Positions 1 through 10,114 of a stretch of DNA of 64,000 nucleotides are shown piece by piece. The notes under the pieces were generated by a model. The model was not told where the DNA came from. It did no database searches and saw only the letters and a program-made list of their open reading frames with translations. The stretch comes from Candidatus Curtissbacteria bacterium (GTDB lineage: Bacteria; Patescibacteriota; Microgenomatia; Curtissbacterales; GWA2-41-24), in NCBI GenBank assembly GCA_038326365.1, contig JBBQJY010000001.1, positions 12,128-76,127 on the forward strand, given 5' to 3'. Every line of letters starts with the position of its first letter. Position 1 is the stretch's first letter. Made by a program: the position numbers and the translations under genes.

Positions 1-948
1 TTCAAAATCCAAATATCTGCAAATTATAAAAACAAAGATTGCGCACCAAAAAAAGACGAAGTTCACGGAAACAAAACCCAGCATAAAAAGAAAAGCCGAA
101 ATTAAGAGCCAAACAGGGGGTTGTATTTTGGCTCTAACAAACAAAAGAGCAAGCCCAACTCCAGTTATCGCAAACAAAATGTTAACTGGAAAGAATAACC
201 CCACCGGTTGCCATTCCTGAATATAGTCCAAGTTAGCAAATGTTGTGAAATCACGAGCTACCCCGGAATGCCATAGGGCAAACGGGAAAGGCGTCAGAAA
301 ACATCCTAAAAAACCTCCAGTCAAACAGAAAATTGGAAGGATTAAATCATTTTTGTCTCGCGATTTTTGGCCTAACCAATTGAGTAAAATATATAGGCCA
401 AAAACACCAAGCCCCACCAAAAAACCGCGATGAAAATTAGCCCAAAGAGCAAAAAAACAAAAATAGAAAAAAGGCTGAAATTTCTTGTTAAAAAAATTAA
501 TCTCCAACAGCAGTAAAAGCACTGCAAAAAAAACGAATGACACCATGTGTGGGCGAACAGACAAATTGGCACGAGACAGAACAATCGCGACAACAACAAA
601 AAAGGCTTTTAGCAAATTTAGCTCTTTGGTTAAAACCAAAAACGCCAGAGTTCCTAAGATTCCAAAAAGAACTACTAAGGCGAAAAAGCCAAAATATTTC
701 AAAACAACAGCAATAAAAATCTGATAAAAAAAATAAGAATTGCCCCAAATGTAACCCGGAATCGTCCAAGAAAATATGTCTGCTCGCAATATCCCCTGAC
801 CCTCTAAAAAATGGCTCCCGATAGCCTGGTGCCAACCAAAATCAGGGTCAATGGCAAAATGGGAAAGTATAAAAAGCCCAAACAAACATATAATTATATG
901 GAATTTAAAAGCCCAAATTGGCCGAAGTACCTTATTTTTTCTCAACAT
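1..948 (-). CDS. Polytopic membrane protein, putative GT-C-fold glycosyltransferase; truncated by the window edge
   Basis: Not in the ORF track because its stop lies outside the window. Manual translation from ATG 948 gives MLRKNKVLRPIWAFKFHIIICLFGLFILSHFAIDPDFGWHQAIG..., a DPDxxWH motif after a first TM helix, followed by further hydrophobic segments. Confidence 0.65.
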   Translation of the reverse strand, partial: MLRKNKVLRPIWAFKFHIIICLFGLFILSHFAIDPDFGWHQAIGSHFLEGQGILRADIFSWTIPGYIWGNSYFFYQIFIAVVLKYFGFFALVVLFGILGTLAFLVLTKELNLLKAFFVVVAIVLSRANLSVRPHMVSFVFFAVLLLLLEINFFNKKFQPFFYFCFFALWANFHRGFLVGLGVFGLYILLNWLGQKSRDKNDLILPIFCLTGGFLGCFLTPFPFALWHSGVARDFTTFANLDYIQEWQPVGLFFPVNILFAITGVGLALLFVRAKIQPPVWLLISAFLFMLGFVSVNFVFFWCAIFVFIICRYLDFE

Positions 949-2584
949 TAAAAAGTGGTGATCTAATAGAAATGTAGCCCGGCGCCCTCAAGTTGAAAAT
1001 AGTTTTGAAGTCCCCACCCGCAACACCAATACTCCCCCGATTCGTTTCAAATGAAACGTTGGCTGTACTACCGTTGTCCGAATAACTAACAGATACTCCA
1101 GAAACAGACGTAACAGCCCCTCCCGCTTTTGAATCGGCTAGTCCGCGCAGTTCCTCAACCGAATATGGATTACCTCCCCAGCACGATGTCGTAGTCGGAG
1201 TAACTCGGGATCCGTCCACACCGTCTTTGCCCTGAACAAGCCAGGCGTTTAAAATATCAGCCATCTCAGCTCCCGTCAGCCAAGGATGAGATCTGCCGCA
1301 TTTTCCCGAAGAATTAGAATAGCTTTGGGTGTACCAAGATTTATAAAACCATGGAGATCCGGCAATTTTTTCCCAAGCACCGGCTGTCCAGCAACTTCTG
1401 CCTCCGCAATTTGTATCCCAACCACTCGTATTTAAATATCCACCACTCGTTGAAGCATATTGGGCCGAAAATGCGTGCCCTCCGTCTGTCAAAACAACTC
1501 CCTTAGTATCCCGAACTGCCTGCTCCCAAGCACCACCCTTACTGTGACCAATATAAACCTGGCAGGATTCAGTCGCACAAATTGATTTTGTACCGTTGTT
1601 TGTGTAAGAAAGTGCATAAGATCTTGCAGCTACAGCTTGCGCTTTTAACGCTTCGCTGTTCCAACTACCTGGCATTTCAGCAATACCATATAAATATTGT
1701 TGGAAATCAACAGATCCATATCCATCAACCGAAATATTTCCCGGTTCGCTAGAACCGCTTTGGACTTGCTTACCCGGATAATATTTATTCAAAATATCGT
1801 GATAATTTTGCCCAGAATCTGCTCTGGCTTTTGCCCCATATTGACTCATTCCATTTCTATGCGAATACGCACCAAAAGAAAACGCCGCAAAAGCTGGCGA
1901 AAAACCCGGGTTAAAAGCTGGCGAAGCATTTGAGTCATCCGCAAGTGGCACATCGCCCACCGATGTTGTAAAGGTTCCACCACTTTTTGCACTAACTATT
2001 TCCTGTTGGCGAACTGTGAGCGCCGCTATTTTGCCGGCAAGCTCACTTTGCAAGGATTTCGCCGAAGCAATTTCACCCTTCAAACCTTGCCTTTGCTTAT
2101 CTATTTGCCCCTGCGCAGAAGCCAATCTTTTTCGATCATCAGCCAGTTTGTTAATCTTTGCCGTAATCGATTCGATTAGATCCTTATCAGATCTACTTGT
2201 ACTCTGCTGAAAAGCAATCAGCTTTAGAGTGTCACGTGCGTCATCTGCCGAGAACAACGTCAGAAGCGGAATATCTACAAAGCTTCTTATGTAAAAGTTG
2301 CGCACCGTTGAAGACAAAATCAGTTTTTGAGATTGCAATTCACGTTCACTTTTGTCCAAATCTTGCCCAATCGATTTAATTTTCGTTGAAATTGAACTCA
2401 ATTGTCCCTCCAAATCTTTTACTTTACCCTCAAGTGGCGTTGTAGCTTTTTTAGATTCGTCAAGTTGATGAGACAAATCGTCAATTTGCTTTTGCAGGTC
2501 ACCAATGTCATCGGCCCGAATAGTTGTAAAAAAAACAAACAGTGGCAAAATAGCCAAGAAAAGAAGAAGCAGTAATTTCCTCAT
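932..2584 (-). CDS. SpoIID/LytB-domain peptidoglycan lytic transglycosylase with N-terminal signal and coiled coil
   Basis: Signal peptide, about 170-aa heptad region, SpoIID motifs YLYGIAEMPGSWNSEALKAQAVAARSYA and CQVY, plus GMSQYGAKARA. Confidence 0.9.
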   Translation of the reverse strand: MRKLLLLLFLAILPLFVFFTTIRADDIGDLQKQIDDLSHQLDESKKATTPLEGKVKDLEGQLSSISTKIKSIGQDLDKSERELQSQKLILSSTVRNFYIRSFVDIPLLTLFSADDARDTLKLIAFQQSTSRSDKDLIESITAKINKLADDRKRLASAQGQIDKQRQGLKGEIASAKSLQSELAGKIAALTVRQQEIVSAKSGGTFTTSVGDVPLADDSNASPAFNPGFSPAFAAFSFGAYSHRNGMSQYGAKARADSGQNYHDILNKYYPGKQVQSGSSEPGNISVDGYGSVDFQQYLYGIAEMPGSWNSEALKAQAVAARSYALSYTNNGTKSICATESCQVYIGHSKGGAWEQAVRDTKGVVLTDGGHAFSAQYASTSGGYLNTSGWDTNCGGRSCWTAGAWEKIAGSPWFYKSWYTQSYSNSSGKCGRSHPWLTGAEMADILNAWLVQGKDGVDGSRVTPTTTSCWGGNPYSVEELRGLADSKAGGAVTSVSGVSVSYSDNGSTANVSFETNRGSIGVAGGDFKTIFNLRAPGYISIRSPLFNVEKK

Positions 2585-2692
2585 CGAAAGACTTATCTAT
2601 TCTAACTTTTAAGTATTTATTTATCCAGTAAAGCTGTTTACCAATGATATTCGCCTTCCGCACTTTCAAGTTTTACTGCATTGGCGAAGAGA

Positions 2693-2701
2693 TGTTAGAC
2701 T
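2693..2701 (+). promoter_or_regulatory. Extended -10 promoter element for the pilin operon
   Basis: TGtTAGACT lies 8 nt upstream of GTG 2710, with no SD. Confidence 0.45.
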
Positions 2702-2709
2702 AAGTTAGA

Positions 2710-3780
2710 GTGCATTTGACTACCCAAAATCTGCTTAAATTCTCATTTCTTGTTTCAGCTCTTTTTCTACTGAGCACAAAGCTCACATTTGCAACAGTGC
2801 CTTCGGTTGTGACACCGACAACGATCGATGAAAATACCGACCACGCGACTGTCCAATTTAGCGGCCTTAGCCCCAACACTGATTACGAATACTGTGGCGC
2901 CGACTCGCCTTCAACCTGCAATGCTAGGAAAAAAACCATCAAATCCGATAGCTCAGGAACAGTAATCATAGACAATCTGTGCGCGGCCGGAGAACACCTG
3001 CTTGAGCCAAAAAGTGGAGGTTGCGACTCGGGCGACTTCTTTTGGGGAGACAGAACTTACGCAATTAAACTATACACATCTTGGCCAAATGAAATCGGCA
3101 ATGCGTCATTCAAAGTAAAACGGGTTATACCTAGTTTCGATATTACTTCAGATAACGGCTTCAAACCGGGCTCAGCTATAACTGCAAAAGTAAAAGGTAG
3201 CAGAAGGCCGATTGATAGCCCTGACAGAAACGCTTACTTGTTAGAAATTACTGGCAGTCCAAACCCTAGCAATAATTCACTTAAGATTTTTGAGCTGAAT
3301 AACTCAGAAGGAGATTACACTTTTAGCACCCTTTCCATAGCTAGCGGAGACTACACAATATCTTTAACCGGCCAAAATCATGGTTCGGAAGACGGCTTTG
3401 ATTTTGGGAAGATAGGCTTCAAAATAGATACTGCTGGCGGTGGGATAACCAGCGGCAGTGGCCCAACCTCTGGCAGCAACGCAGGCGTTGGTTCCAATCC
3501 CTGTGGCACCACTTGCCCCACAGCCCTAGGCGACCTGCCTCTCAATTTTCAAGAACTCGTCAATACCAAAATCTTACCAGCGGCTATCGGCATGGCCGGC
3601 GGTATTGCCCTAATTCTTATGGTCATTGGCTCAATCAGGATGCTTATGTCCCAAGGCGACCAACAAAAGTTAAACGGCGGTCGAGAAATGTTTGTTGCTG
3701 CTCTGGCGGGTTTGCTTTTCCTAATCTTTTCGACTCTCATTCTCAGGTTTATCGGCATTAATATTATCGGTATAAAATGA
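2710..3780 (+). CDS. VirB2/TrbC-like pilin with large N-terminal beta-rich extension
   Basis: Signal peptide, Cys-paired beta-rich domains, Gly/Ser linker, then two TM helices flanking GSIRMLMSQGDQQKLNGGREMFVAALAGL, the T4SS pilin pattern. Confidence 0.75.
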   Translation: MHLTTQNLLKFSFLVSALFLLSTKLTFATVPSVVTPTTIDENTDHATVQFSGLSPNTDYEYCGADSPSTCNARKKTIKSDSSGTVIIDNLCAAGEHLLEPKSGGCDSGDFFWGDRTYAIKLYTSWPNEIGNASFKVKRVIPSFDITSDNGFKPGSAITAKVKGSRRPIDSPDRNAYLLEITGSPNPSNNSLKIFELNNSEGDYTFSTLSIASGDYTISLTGQNHGSEDGFDFGKIGFKIDTAGGGITSGSGPTSGSNAGVGSNPCGTTCPTALGDLPLNFQELVNTKILPAAIGMAGGIALILMVIGSIRMLMSQGDQQKLNGGREMFVAALAGLLFLIFSTLILRFIGINIIGIK

Positions 3781-4457
3781 AAAAACTCTTTATTTTTTTA
3801 TTGGCTTTTGTAGCTTTCCTTCAATTTTCTAATGCGAACATCGCTCATGCCCAAACAGGCTGCCCTGCCCCAGGCTGGACTATCAGAATTCTCAACGCTT
3901 CAGGAAATGATGTAGATGTAGACTTTAGCGGCAAGCCAGCTGGCCACTTAAGCGTTGTGCATATCAGTGGATTTAAGGGTAATTATGACCTACCAATACC
4001 CGATGGCGCTCTCGATATTCATTTCCATGGGATAGATGACATTTACGCAGCAACTATGGTCTTTGCAGGCTGCAATATTTCGAATACTACTAGCTTTACC
4101 ATGCCTCCCGGTGGTGCTGGCCTACCCGGTGGTGGAGGCGGCAAGGCAACCCAATGCGGCTCGTTCGATGCATGTACATCAGGCGGTTTGGCCCCATCAG
4201 GTTTTTCAACCCAAAGCTTTATTACTCAACTCATCACCAAAATTCTTCCAATCGTCATCGGCGTTGGTGGATTCCTGGCAATCATTATGATACTTATTTC
4301 GGCAACACAATTTATAACCTCAAGCGGCAATCCAGAAGCGGCAGCAAGCGCCCGCGGCCGCCTCATTTTTGCAATTGTCGGCTTTGCACTCTTGATCTTG
4401 GCCTTTGCCATAACCAAAGTCATAGACCAAATATTTCTCAAAAGTGGAGCCATTTAA
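3777..4457 (+). CDS. VirB2/TrbC-like pilin with one N-terminal Ig-like module
   Basis: Signal peptide ending AHA, beta-rich module, then pilin core QFITSSGNPEAAASARGRLIFAIVGF. ATGA overlap region with the previous gene. Confidence 0.8.
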   Translation: MKKLFIFLLAFVAFLQFSNANIAHAQTGCPAPGWTIRILNASGNDVDVDFSGKPAGHLSVVHISGFKGNYDLPIPDGALDIHFHGIDDIYAATMVFAGCNISNTTSFTMPPGGAGLPGGGGGKATQCGSFDACTSGGLAPSGFSTQSFITQLITKILPIVIGVGGFLAIIMILISATQFITSSGNPEAAASARGRLIFAIVGFALLILAFAITKVIDQIFLKSGAI

Positions 4458-4465
4458 GAAAGAAC

Positions 4466-4792
4466 ATGTACATTCCCCATCTTGACGCTTATGCCGATTT
4501 CGACCTTGCCAGCCAATTCTCTCCTGCCGGAATACCCGGCCTTACAAGTTTAGGCGCACTGGCAACAATCATCGTTAAATTCTTAATTTCCATAGTCGGA
4601 ATTCTAGCTATTATTTTTATAATTATCGCCGGCATAAAAATAGTCAGCTCCGGCGGAGACTCCAAAAAATTAGACGGTGCTCGCGCAACTCTTACCTATG
4701 CTATTATTGGACTAGTTGTGGCAATTCTTGCGTTTGTAATCGTCAATATTGTGCAGAAATTCCTAGGCTCGACTGTCGCCATAACCTCATGA
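4466..4792 (+). CDS. VirB2/TrbC-like pilin
   Basis: Start reassigned to ATG 4466 (MYIPHLDAYADF). Core AGIKIVSSGGDSKKLDGARATLTYAIIGL. Confidence 0.8.
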   Translation: MYIPHLDAYADFDLASQFSPAGIPGLTSLGALATIIVKFLISIVGILAIIFIIIAGIKIVSSGGDSKKLDGARATLTYAIIGLVVAILAFVIVNIVQKFLGSTVAITS

Positions 4793-5130
4793 GACTCGCA
4801 GCTGGTATAGGCACAATCACTGCCCCGCCCGAACTTGCAAAAGCTAATCCTGTGGACCCGCAAGCATATGTTGCCGGTTTTGTCAGGAACGGCATCAGCC
4901 TACTTTTAATTGTTGCTTTCATCCTTTCTTTTCTATTTACAATTATCGCCGGCATCAAGTTTGTAACCTCCGGAGGTGACGAAAAGGCTGTTTCTAGTGC
5001 CTGGTCTTCAATTTATTACGGCTTTATTGGGATGCTTATTGTAATCGGGTCATACGCTATTATAAGATTAATTGAGACCTTTTTTGGTGTTAGTATAATA
5101 TCAAGCGGTTTTCAACTGCCCACACCATAA
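4789..5130 (+). CDS. VirB2/TrbC-like pilin
   Basis: Core AGIKFVTSGGDEKAVSSAWSSIYYGFIGM between two TM helices. ATGA coupling to the upstream gene. Confidence 0.8.
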   Translation: MRLAAGIGTITAPPELAKANPVDPQAYVAGFVRNGISLLLIVAFILSFLFTIIAGIKFVTSGGDEKAVSSAWSSIYYGFIGMLIVIGSYAIIRLIETFFGVSIISSGFQLPTP

Positions 5131-5160
5131 AGTGCAAAAACAAAGGGGGTGAAACAAAAT

Positions 5161-5568
5161 ATGTTTGCGAAAATCAAAAAATTAGCCATACCATCAGTGG
5201 GTCTAGGTTTGCTACTATCAGCACCCGGATCCATCTTTGCGCAAGCAATTGGCGGAGGCGGAGCACTAGTTCCTACCGAAATTGCCCCAATTAATGACAT
5301 TGTCCAAGTAATTAGAAATGCTATCAGATTCATTTTGCTGATCGCTTTTGTCTTGGCATTTATATTCTTAATTATCGGCGGTATTCGCTGGATAACAGCT
5401 GGAGGAGACGAAAAAGCAGTCTCAAGCGCTCGCGGTATGATAACAGCAGCACTTATCGGATTAGTCGTAGTTCTAGTTTCATATGCACTCATCGTACTTG
5501 TCGAAACATTCTTTGGTGTCCATATTATCTCTGGCCCAATCACTATTCCGCAGGTTACTGATAAATAA
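5161..5568 (+). CDS. VirB2/TrbC-like pilin, probable major pilin
   Basis: Strong SD AGGGGGTGA upstream of ATG 5161, signal peptide ending IFA-Q, core GGIRWITAGGDEKAVSSARGMITAALIGL. Confidence 0.85.
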   Translation: MFAKIKKLAIPSVGLGLLLSAPGSIFAQAIGGGGALVPTEIAPINDIVQVIRNAIRFILLIAFVLAFIFLIIGGIRWITAGGDEKAVSSARGMITAALIGLVVVLVSYALIVLVETFFGVHIISGPITIPQVTDK

Positions 5569-5599
5569 AGCAGGGCTCATCACGGCTCAGTTAGCAGTT

Positions 5600-5911
5600 A
5601 TGCTAACTGCTCAAGCTATGGTCAGTCCTGCTTATGCGGCGCCACCAACTATCCACGACATCCAGACGATTTTTCAAAACATCATTGGGCTGCTCGCCCC
5701 TGCAACAGCGGTTGCCTTTTTAATAATGCTAATAGTTGGCGGCTTTAAATTTTTAACCTCCGGCGGTGACCCAAAAGCAGTAGGCAGTGCCCGCAGTACA
5801 ATGACTTACGCTATTCTCGGAGTTATCCTGGTTGTTGCCTCTTGGTTAATCCTAGTTCTTGTAAAAGAAATCACAGGCTACGACGTCACCACGTTCAAAT
5901 TGCCTTTCTAA
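5600..5911 (+). CDS. VirB2/TrbC-like pilin; start uncertain
   Basis: PAYA processing-like motif, core GGFKFLTSGGDPKAVGSARSTMTYAILGV. Confidence 0.8.
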   Translation: MLTAQAMVSPAYAAPPTIHDIQTIFQNIIGLLAPATAVAFLIMLIVGGFKFLTSGGDPKAVGSARSTMTYAILGVILVVASWLILVLVKEITGYDVTTFKLPF

Positions 5912-5956
5912 AGCCGGTATTGCCAAGTACAAACTTCTCTCTGTTATACTAATTTC

Positions 5957-8900
5957 ATGCCTGTCCACAAGGACGTACTGTCCAAAGCAAAAAGGCCCAA
6001 GTCAAAGCCATGGCTAGGTATCATATTCATCGCTTTGCTCATATCCATCAACCTCTCAATTTTTACCTCAGCAGTACAAGCCGCTCCTGGAGGCGCCCCT
6101 GCTCCCCAACCCTGTTTTAACCCTGAACCCGTCTACGTTAAAGACGCAGGCGGTAATTTTGTTCTCGACGCCAACGGCCAAAAAGTAGAAAACCTTACGG
6201 ACAACTATTTAACGGACACCAATGGTGACCCTCTCGGACCGGAAGAAACAGACAATAAACTTACTAATCCTGAAGCACTCAAGTTCACAATTGTCTATAC
6301 AGGTCATAAAGGAGATCTTGTTCACTTAACAAAAAGAAATCAAGTTAAAGTCGATTTTTCCAAGCTTCAGGCAATTTTTGGCGCCCCCAACTCTAACTTT
6401 GCAGATGGCGGCGCTCAAAGCATCGACCATGCCCAAACAAACTTAATGGGTCTTAAAAATCCTCTCATATACCAGGGCCCGGCACAAAAAGCAGTATTCA
6501 AAGTGCTGACCGATGCTCAACGCATAAAATACGTTAAATACGTTTATGACAAACCCGAACTTGGAGAATCTGGCACAAAGTTTACAGATTACAACGGCCA
6601 AGATCCTAAAAACATTCACGAATTAGTGGGTGCATTTTCCCTACCCAGCCCACCTCCAGCCGGCACCACAGACCAGCATTGGCTGGATACTTGGGCAAAG
6701 TATTGGGAAAAACTACCCACTACGTACAACGAATTTACAATTGGTAAATTGGAGTTTCGAGAGCTACATGGCCTCCAATTAATCGAAAACGTCAAGAAAG
6801 GAGTCGACAATTCCTGCAGCAAATTTAATCCACTAAGAACTGTCGAATTTCCCGTACCCAACTTTTTTCGGACAGCCGCAACTTCAGGCGCACTAAACCA
6901 AGTTCTTGTCCCCAAAACCGCCCAAAGCGACCAGAATGATCTCTTGGACATCAAAGGTGCAGTTCTCGGTGTTAAAACTTCTACCTTGGATTTTTTACAG
7001 TATTGCATCAAATTTGCCCAAAAAAACCCTGTCTCCCAGGCCATCAAAAAAGTTATTAGCTTAGGAACCCAATCTATCAAAAGTTCTTATATTGCTTATG
7101 CGGCTTGGAACCTCAATTTGGCCAGCGTTGGTTCAAATTCAGCCCGCTTCACTTTCGACCCACCAGGCAACGGCAATTTTGGACTTGTTGCCAAAAACAA
7201 TAGTACAGGTCAAACATGGGACAGTGGTGCAATCTCAAATGGTACGTCGAGTGTCACCTTTAATGGCCTCACCCCCGGCAATTATCGCGCTGTGCTTATA
7301 TTTGCTACCTCCGAAATAAGCAATGCAGTCACTTTCGATATCAACTCGGCCGATCCTTCTCCTCAGCCAACATCAAGCTGGACACTTAGCGTTCAAGCCT
7401 CTCCCATTAGGGGTTCAAACGTCCGGTTTGACTACAATCCTGAAGCCAATAGCGTCATGGCGCTCATCGTCTATGACCAAAACAACAACACCGTTACCGA
7501 TTCAGGCTCAATAGACCGCAGCACAACTTGGACTTGGACAAATGCCAGACCAGGTGTTTACCACGCCCAATTATTCGCTTACGGTATCGCACCTGTTTCC
7601 AATGTTGTCAATTTTGAAGTCCAATGGCTCTTAAATAACCCCACTGTCGACATTAGACCGCTGGCCGGAATAAACAACGTCAACTTCACTTTTGCCCCCC
7701 AGGGCAACAACGACGGCGCCAATCTCTCTCTTTTAACTTATGTCAATACAACTCCCCGAGGCACTGCCTTTTATGACAGCGCCGTCTCTGGCGTAAATCT
7801 AAATGGTCAAACCTCCCATGCATTGCCTCTTAACAAAGTTCGCTGGGGAAAATGGGTGGCGGTCCTCATTAAAGGCTTAAGTGCAGTTTCCAATGAAGTT
7901 ACTTACGAAGTTCCCTACGTTTTAGAAGTAGAAAACAACTCGGGCTCCGTAACATTCCATTACGGACCCCCACTCCATATTGGCCCTCCTTCGGCAAATG
8001 CCATGGCCATTATTGTCAAAAGAAAATATATCGACAAAGTCGTCTGGGACAGCGGACCCCTAGCTCTTGATTCAACCTCTGTCCACTGGACCGATAACGC
8101 CCAACCCGGAGACATGGAAGCTTGTCTTCTTTACGATGGCAAGACCGAGCTCAGCGCCCACAATTTAGTTTGCAAGCCCATCAGCGTTTCCACCAATTAC
8201 CCCTGGAAAATTATTACTCTGGACAAAGACAAATCTTGCATAAAGGTTTCCGGCTCCGGCAAAGCAGGCAACGCTCCATTCTGCGCCATCTACCCAACTA
8301 AATTTGAACCCTCCGTCAAAGGCCAAACAAACGTTTTCCCGGGCGAATGTGCCGACCCTAACCCTAGCCGCTATAAACTAAACGACCAATCCAATGTCGT
8401 TTGCACATTCACTTTCGACTGGGACTCTTCAAAATTCGACGGTATTCCGGACAAAGAACTGCGTCTTCCCGCTTCCGGCCCCGGCAATTGGGACAAATGC
8501 GATTATGCGGGTGATTTCGTCACTTGCTATTTAACTGTCGGAATCTGGCCCGATTTTAGGGTTCCATTCTTAGCACAATCTTGGAACAACACTCAATTTT
8601 CAAATAAAGATGAGGTCTTGCCCACCCTTCAAGAAACAGGCCGTCCCGGCTATTACACATTTGGTCAACCAAAAGCTGTGGCCGAATATGATCCGCTGCA
8701 AGAGCTGGTCAACAACTGTGACCCGGCAATTCCCGGTTCCCAAGCCTGCAAGGACTTGGTCAATAAAGTCACCAGTGGTGATTACCCAACCAAATATCCA
8801 GGTCTTAGCGATTGTGTAACCAGTTACCTTATGCAATTACCCCAATTAGTTACCTGCATTAAAGGTGTCGCCAGCCTTATCCCCAAAAACCTGCCAGGTC

Positions 8901-9577
8901 AAGTCGATTCATCAACGCTGGGTGCAAGCACCGGACCAAGTGGATCTGTCCTAGGCACGGCTACAGACCAAAAAGAGCGTTTTATTGGTGCTGTGGACTG
9001 TGGTAAACATCTCACCCGCGATATTTCTCTCAAGCCCCTAGTCCTGCAAAAAGAATTAGGAGTTAAATTTGATTGCGACCTGTCAACATCAAGCGAAACA
9101 CCTCCCAATGGAGCACCCCCTCCTCCACCAGGAGGCGGTACGCCGACGCCGACGCCACCACCTCCTCCACCAGGAGGCGGTACGCCGCCAACTACAAATG
9201 ATTGTTCAGGGAAATATAACCTAAGCACAAACCCGCTTAACGACAATTTCGGCGACCCTTCTTGTGATTTTTCCGAAAGCCAACTTTATGATCTTCTCAG
9301 ATCTCTTGATCCAAGCCGTGCAGACTATTGGTTCTTTACCATAGTCCCTTGCGAAAGTGTTTATAACTCAAACAATTACAACGGGGCTTCTACTAGTGGC
9401 TCAGCATGGGGTCTATATCAAATGGGTCACGAAGCCTATCCGACGCTTGGAATCCCACGACAAATGAACTCCCCTTTCGATCGCGGTGATGTCGATTGGC
9501 GTCTGCAAACCAGCAATGCCGTAAACTATAATAATGGCCTGGGTAATACCTTTGACTACTGGGGTTGCGCAACATGA
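5957..9577 (+). CDS. Large exported Cys-rich protein with four Ig/FnIII-like repeats, Pro/Gly linker and C-terminal lytic transglycosylase/lysozyme-like domain
   Basis: N-terminal TM/signal. Four repeats carry DSG..PG.Y.A.L..SN.V.F. The C-terminus has CESVYN and AWGLYQM, resembling the SLT ES and GLxQ motifs. Confidence 0.65.
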   Translation: MPVHKDVLSKAKRPKSKPWLGIIFIALLISINLSIFTSAVQAAPGGAPAPQPCFNPEPVYVKDAGGNFVLDANGQKVENLTDNYLTDTNGDPLGPEETDNKLTNPEALKFTIVYTGHKGDLVHLTKRNQVKVDFSKLQAIFGAPNSNFADGGAQSIDHAQTNLMGLKNPLIYQGPAQKAVFKVLTDAQRIKYVKYVYDKPELGESGTKFTDYNGQDPKNIHELVGAFSLPSPPPAGTTDQHWLDTWAKYWEKLPTTYNEFTIGKLEFRELHGLQLIENVKKGVDNSCSKFNPLRTVEFPVPNFFRTAATSGALNQVLVPKTAQSDQNDLLDIKGAVLGVKTSTLDFLQYCIKFAQKNPVSQAIKKVISLGTQSIKSSYIAYAAWNLNLASVGSNSARFTFDPPGNGNFGLVAKNNSTGQTWDSGAISNGTSSVTFNGLTPGNYRAVLIFATSEISNAVTFDINSADPSPQPTSSWTLSVQASPIRGSNVRFDYNPEANSVMALIVYDQNNNTVTDSGSIDRSTTWTWTNARPGVYHAQLFAYGIAPVSNVVNFEVQWLLNNPTVDIRPLAGINNVNFTFAPQGNNDGANLSLLTYVNTTPRGTAFYDSAVSGVNLNGQTSHALPLNKVRWGKWVAVLIKGLSAVSNEVTYEVPYVLEVENNSGSVTFHYGPPLHIGPPSANAMAIIVKRKYIDKVVWDSGPLALDSTSVHWTDNAQPGDMEACLLYDGKTELSAHNLVCKPISVSTNYPWKIITLDKDKSCIKVSGSGKAGNAPFCAIYPTKFEPSVKGQTNVFPGECADPNPSRYKLNDQSNVVCTFTFDWDSSKFDGIPDKELRLPASGPGNWDKCDYAGDFVTCYLTVGIWPDFRVPFLAQSWNNTQFSNKDEVLPTLQETGRPGYYTFGQPKAVAEYDPLQELVNNCDPAIPGSQACKDLVNKVTSGDYPTKYPGLSDCVTSYLMQLPQLVTCIKGVASLIPKNLPGQVDSSTLGASTGPSGSVLGTATDQKERFIGAVDCGKHLTRDISLKPLVLQKELGVKFDCDLSTSSETPPNGAPPPPPGGGTPTPTPPPPPPGGGTPPTTNDCSGKYNLSTNPLNDNFGDPSCDFSESQLYDLLRSLDPSRADYWFFTIVPCESVYNSNNYNGASTSGSAWGLYQMGHEAYPTLGIPRQMNSPFDRGDVDWRLQTSNAVNYNNGLGNTFDYWGCAT
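9119..9187 (+). repeat. 27-bp direct repeat encoding the PPPPGGGTP linker twice
   Basis: CCTCCTCCACCAGGAGGCGGTACGCCG occurs at 9119-9145 and 9161-9187. Confidence 0.9.
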
Positions 9578-10068
9578 ACCTGCCGCAAAATCAAAAAACA
9601 TTTCAAGTAATAATAATCGCCGTTGTCTTTTTCCTACTGGCCATGATTTTCGGCATTTTCCTAACCCAGACCGGCAAGAGCACAAAACCCGCAGCCACCA
9701 ATAAAATTGTGCCCCCTCAAGTTTCACCCGCATCTTTGCCAAAAGAAACAAAAGACCTCAAAAGCAAACTGATTTCAAAGCCTCTTAAAAATAACAAAGG
9801 CGATTTACTGCTTTATGAATCAACCAATTTTTATGTTGAATACATCACTTCTCCCCAAGTCTTTTTCGTCAAAATTGCAAAGGACGTCAACAACTCCAAA
9901 AAGCAGGCGACAGAATGGTTCATCGCACAAGGCGCAACCGGCCAAGATATGTGCAATCTGCCTGTTCGATTCATTCTATCTACTCTGGAAGCCCGCCAAG
10001 AAGACCCAAAATTTACAAGCCTGCCGGATGGCTGCACAGGACAACCGATTTCAAAACCCACTAAATAG
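9574..10068 (+). CDS. Single-pass membrane protein with small extracellular Cys-paired domain
   Basis: ATG 9574 overlaps the upstream TGA (ATGA). One N-terminal TM and two Cys near the C-terminus. Confidence 0.75.
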   Translation: MNLPQNQKTFQVIIIAVVFFLLAMIFGIFLTQTGKSTKPAATNKIVPPQVSPASLPKETKDLKSKLISKPLKNNKGDLLLYESTNFYVEYITSPQVFFVKIAKDVNNSKKQATEWFIAQGATGQDMCNLPVRFILSTLEARQEDPKFTSLPDGCTGQPISKPTK

Positions 10069-10114
10069 CTAAATTGACACAATTTAACAAGGGCAGTTGC
10101 ATTCACGATCGTCT

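Noticed and set aside
9119-9187. 27-bp direct repeat as a CRISPR remnant
   Set aside because: Only two copies with a 15-bp spacer, in frame within a Pro/Gly linker, and no cas genes.
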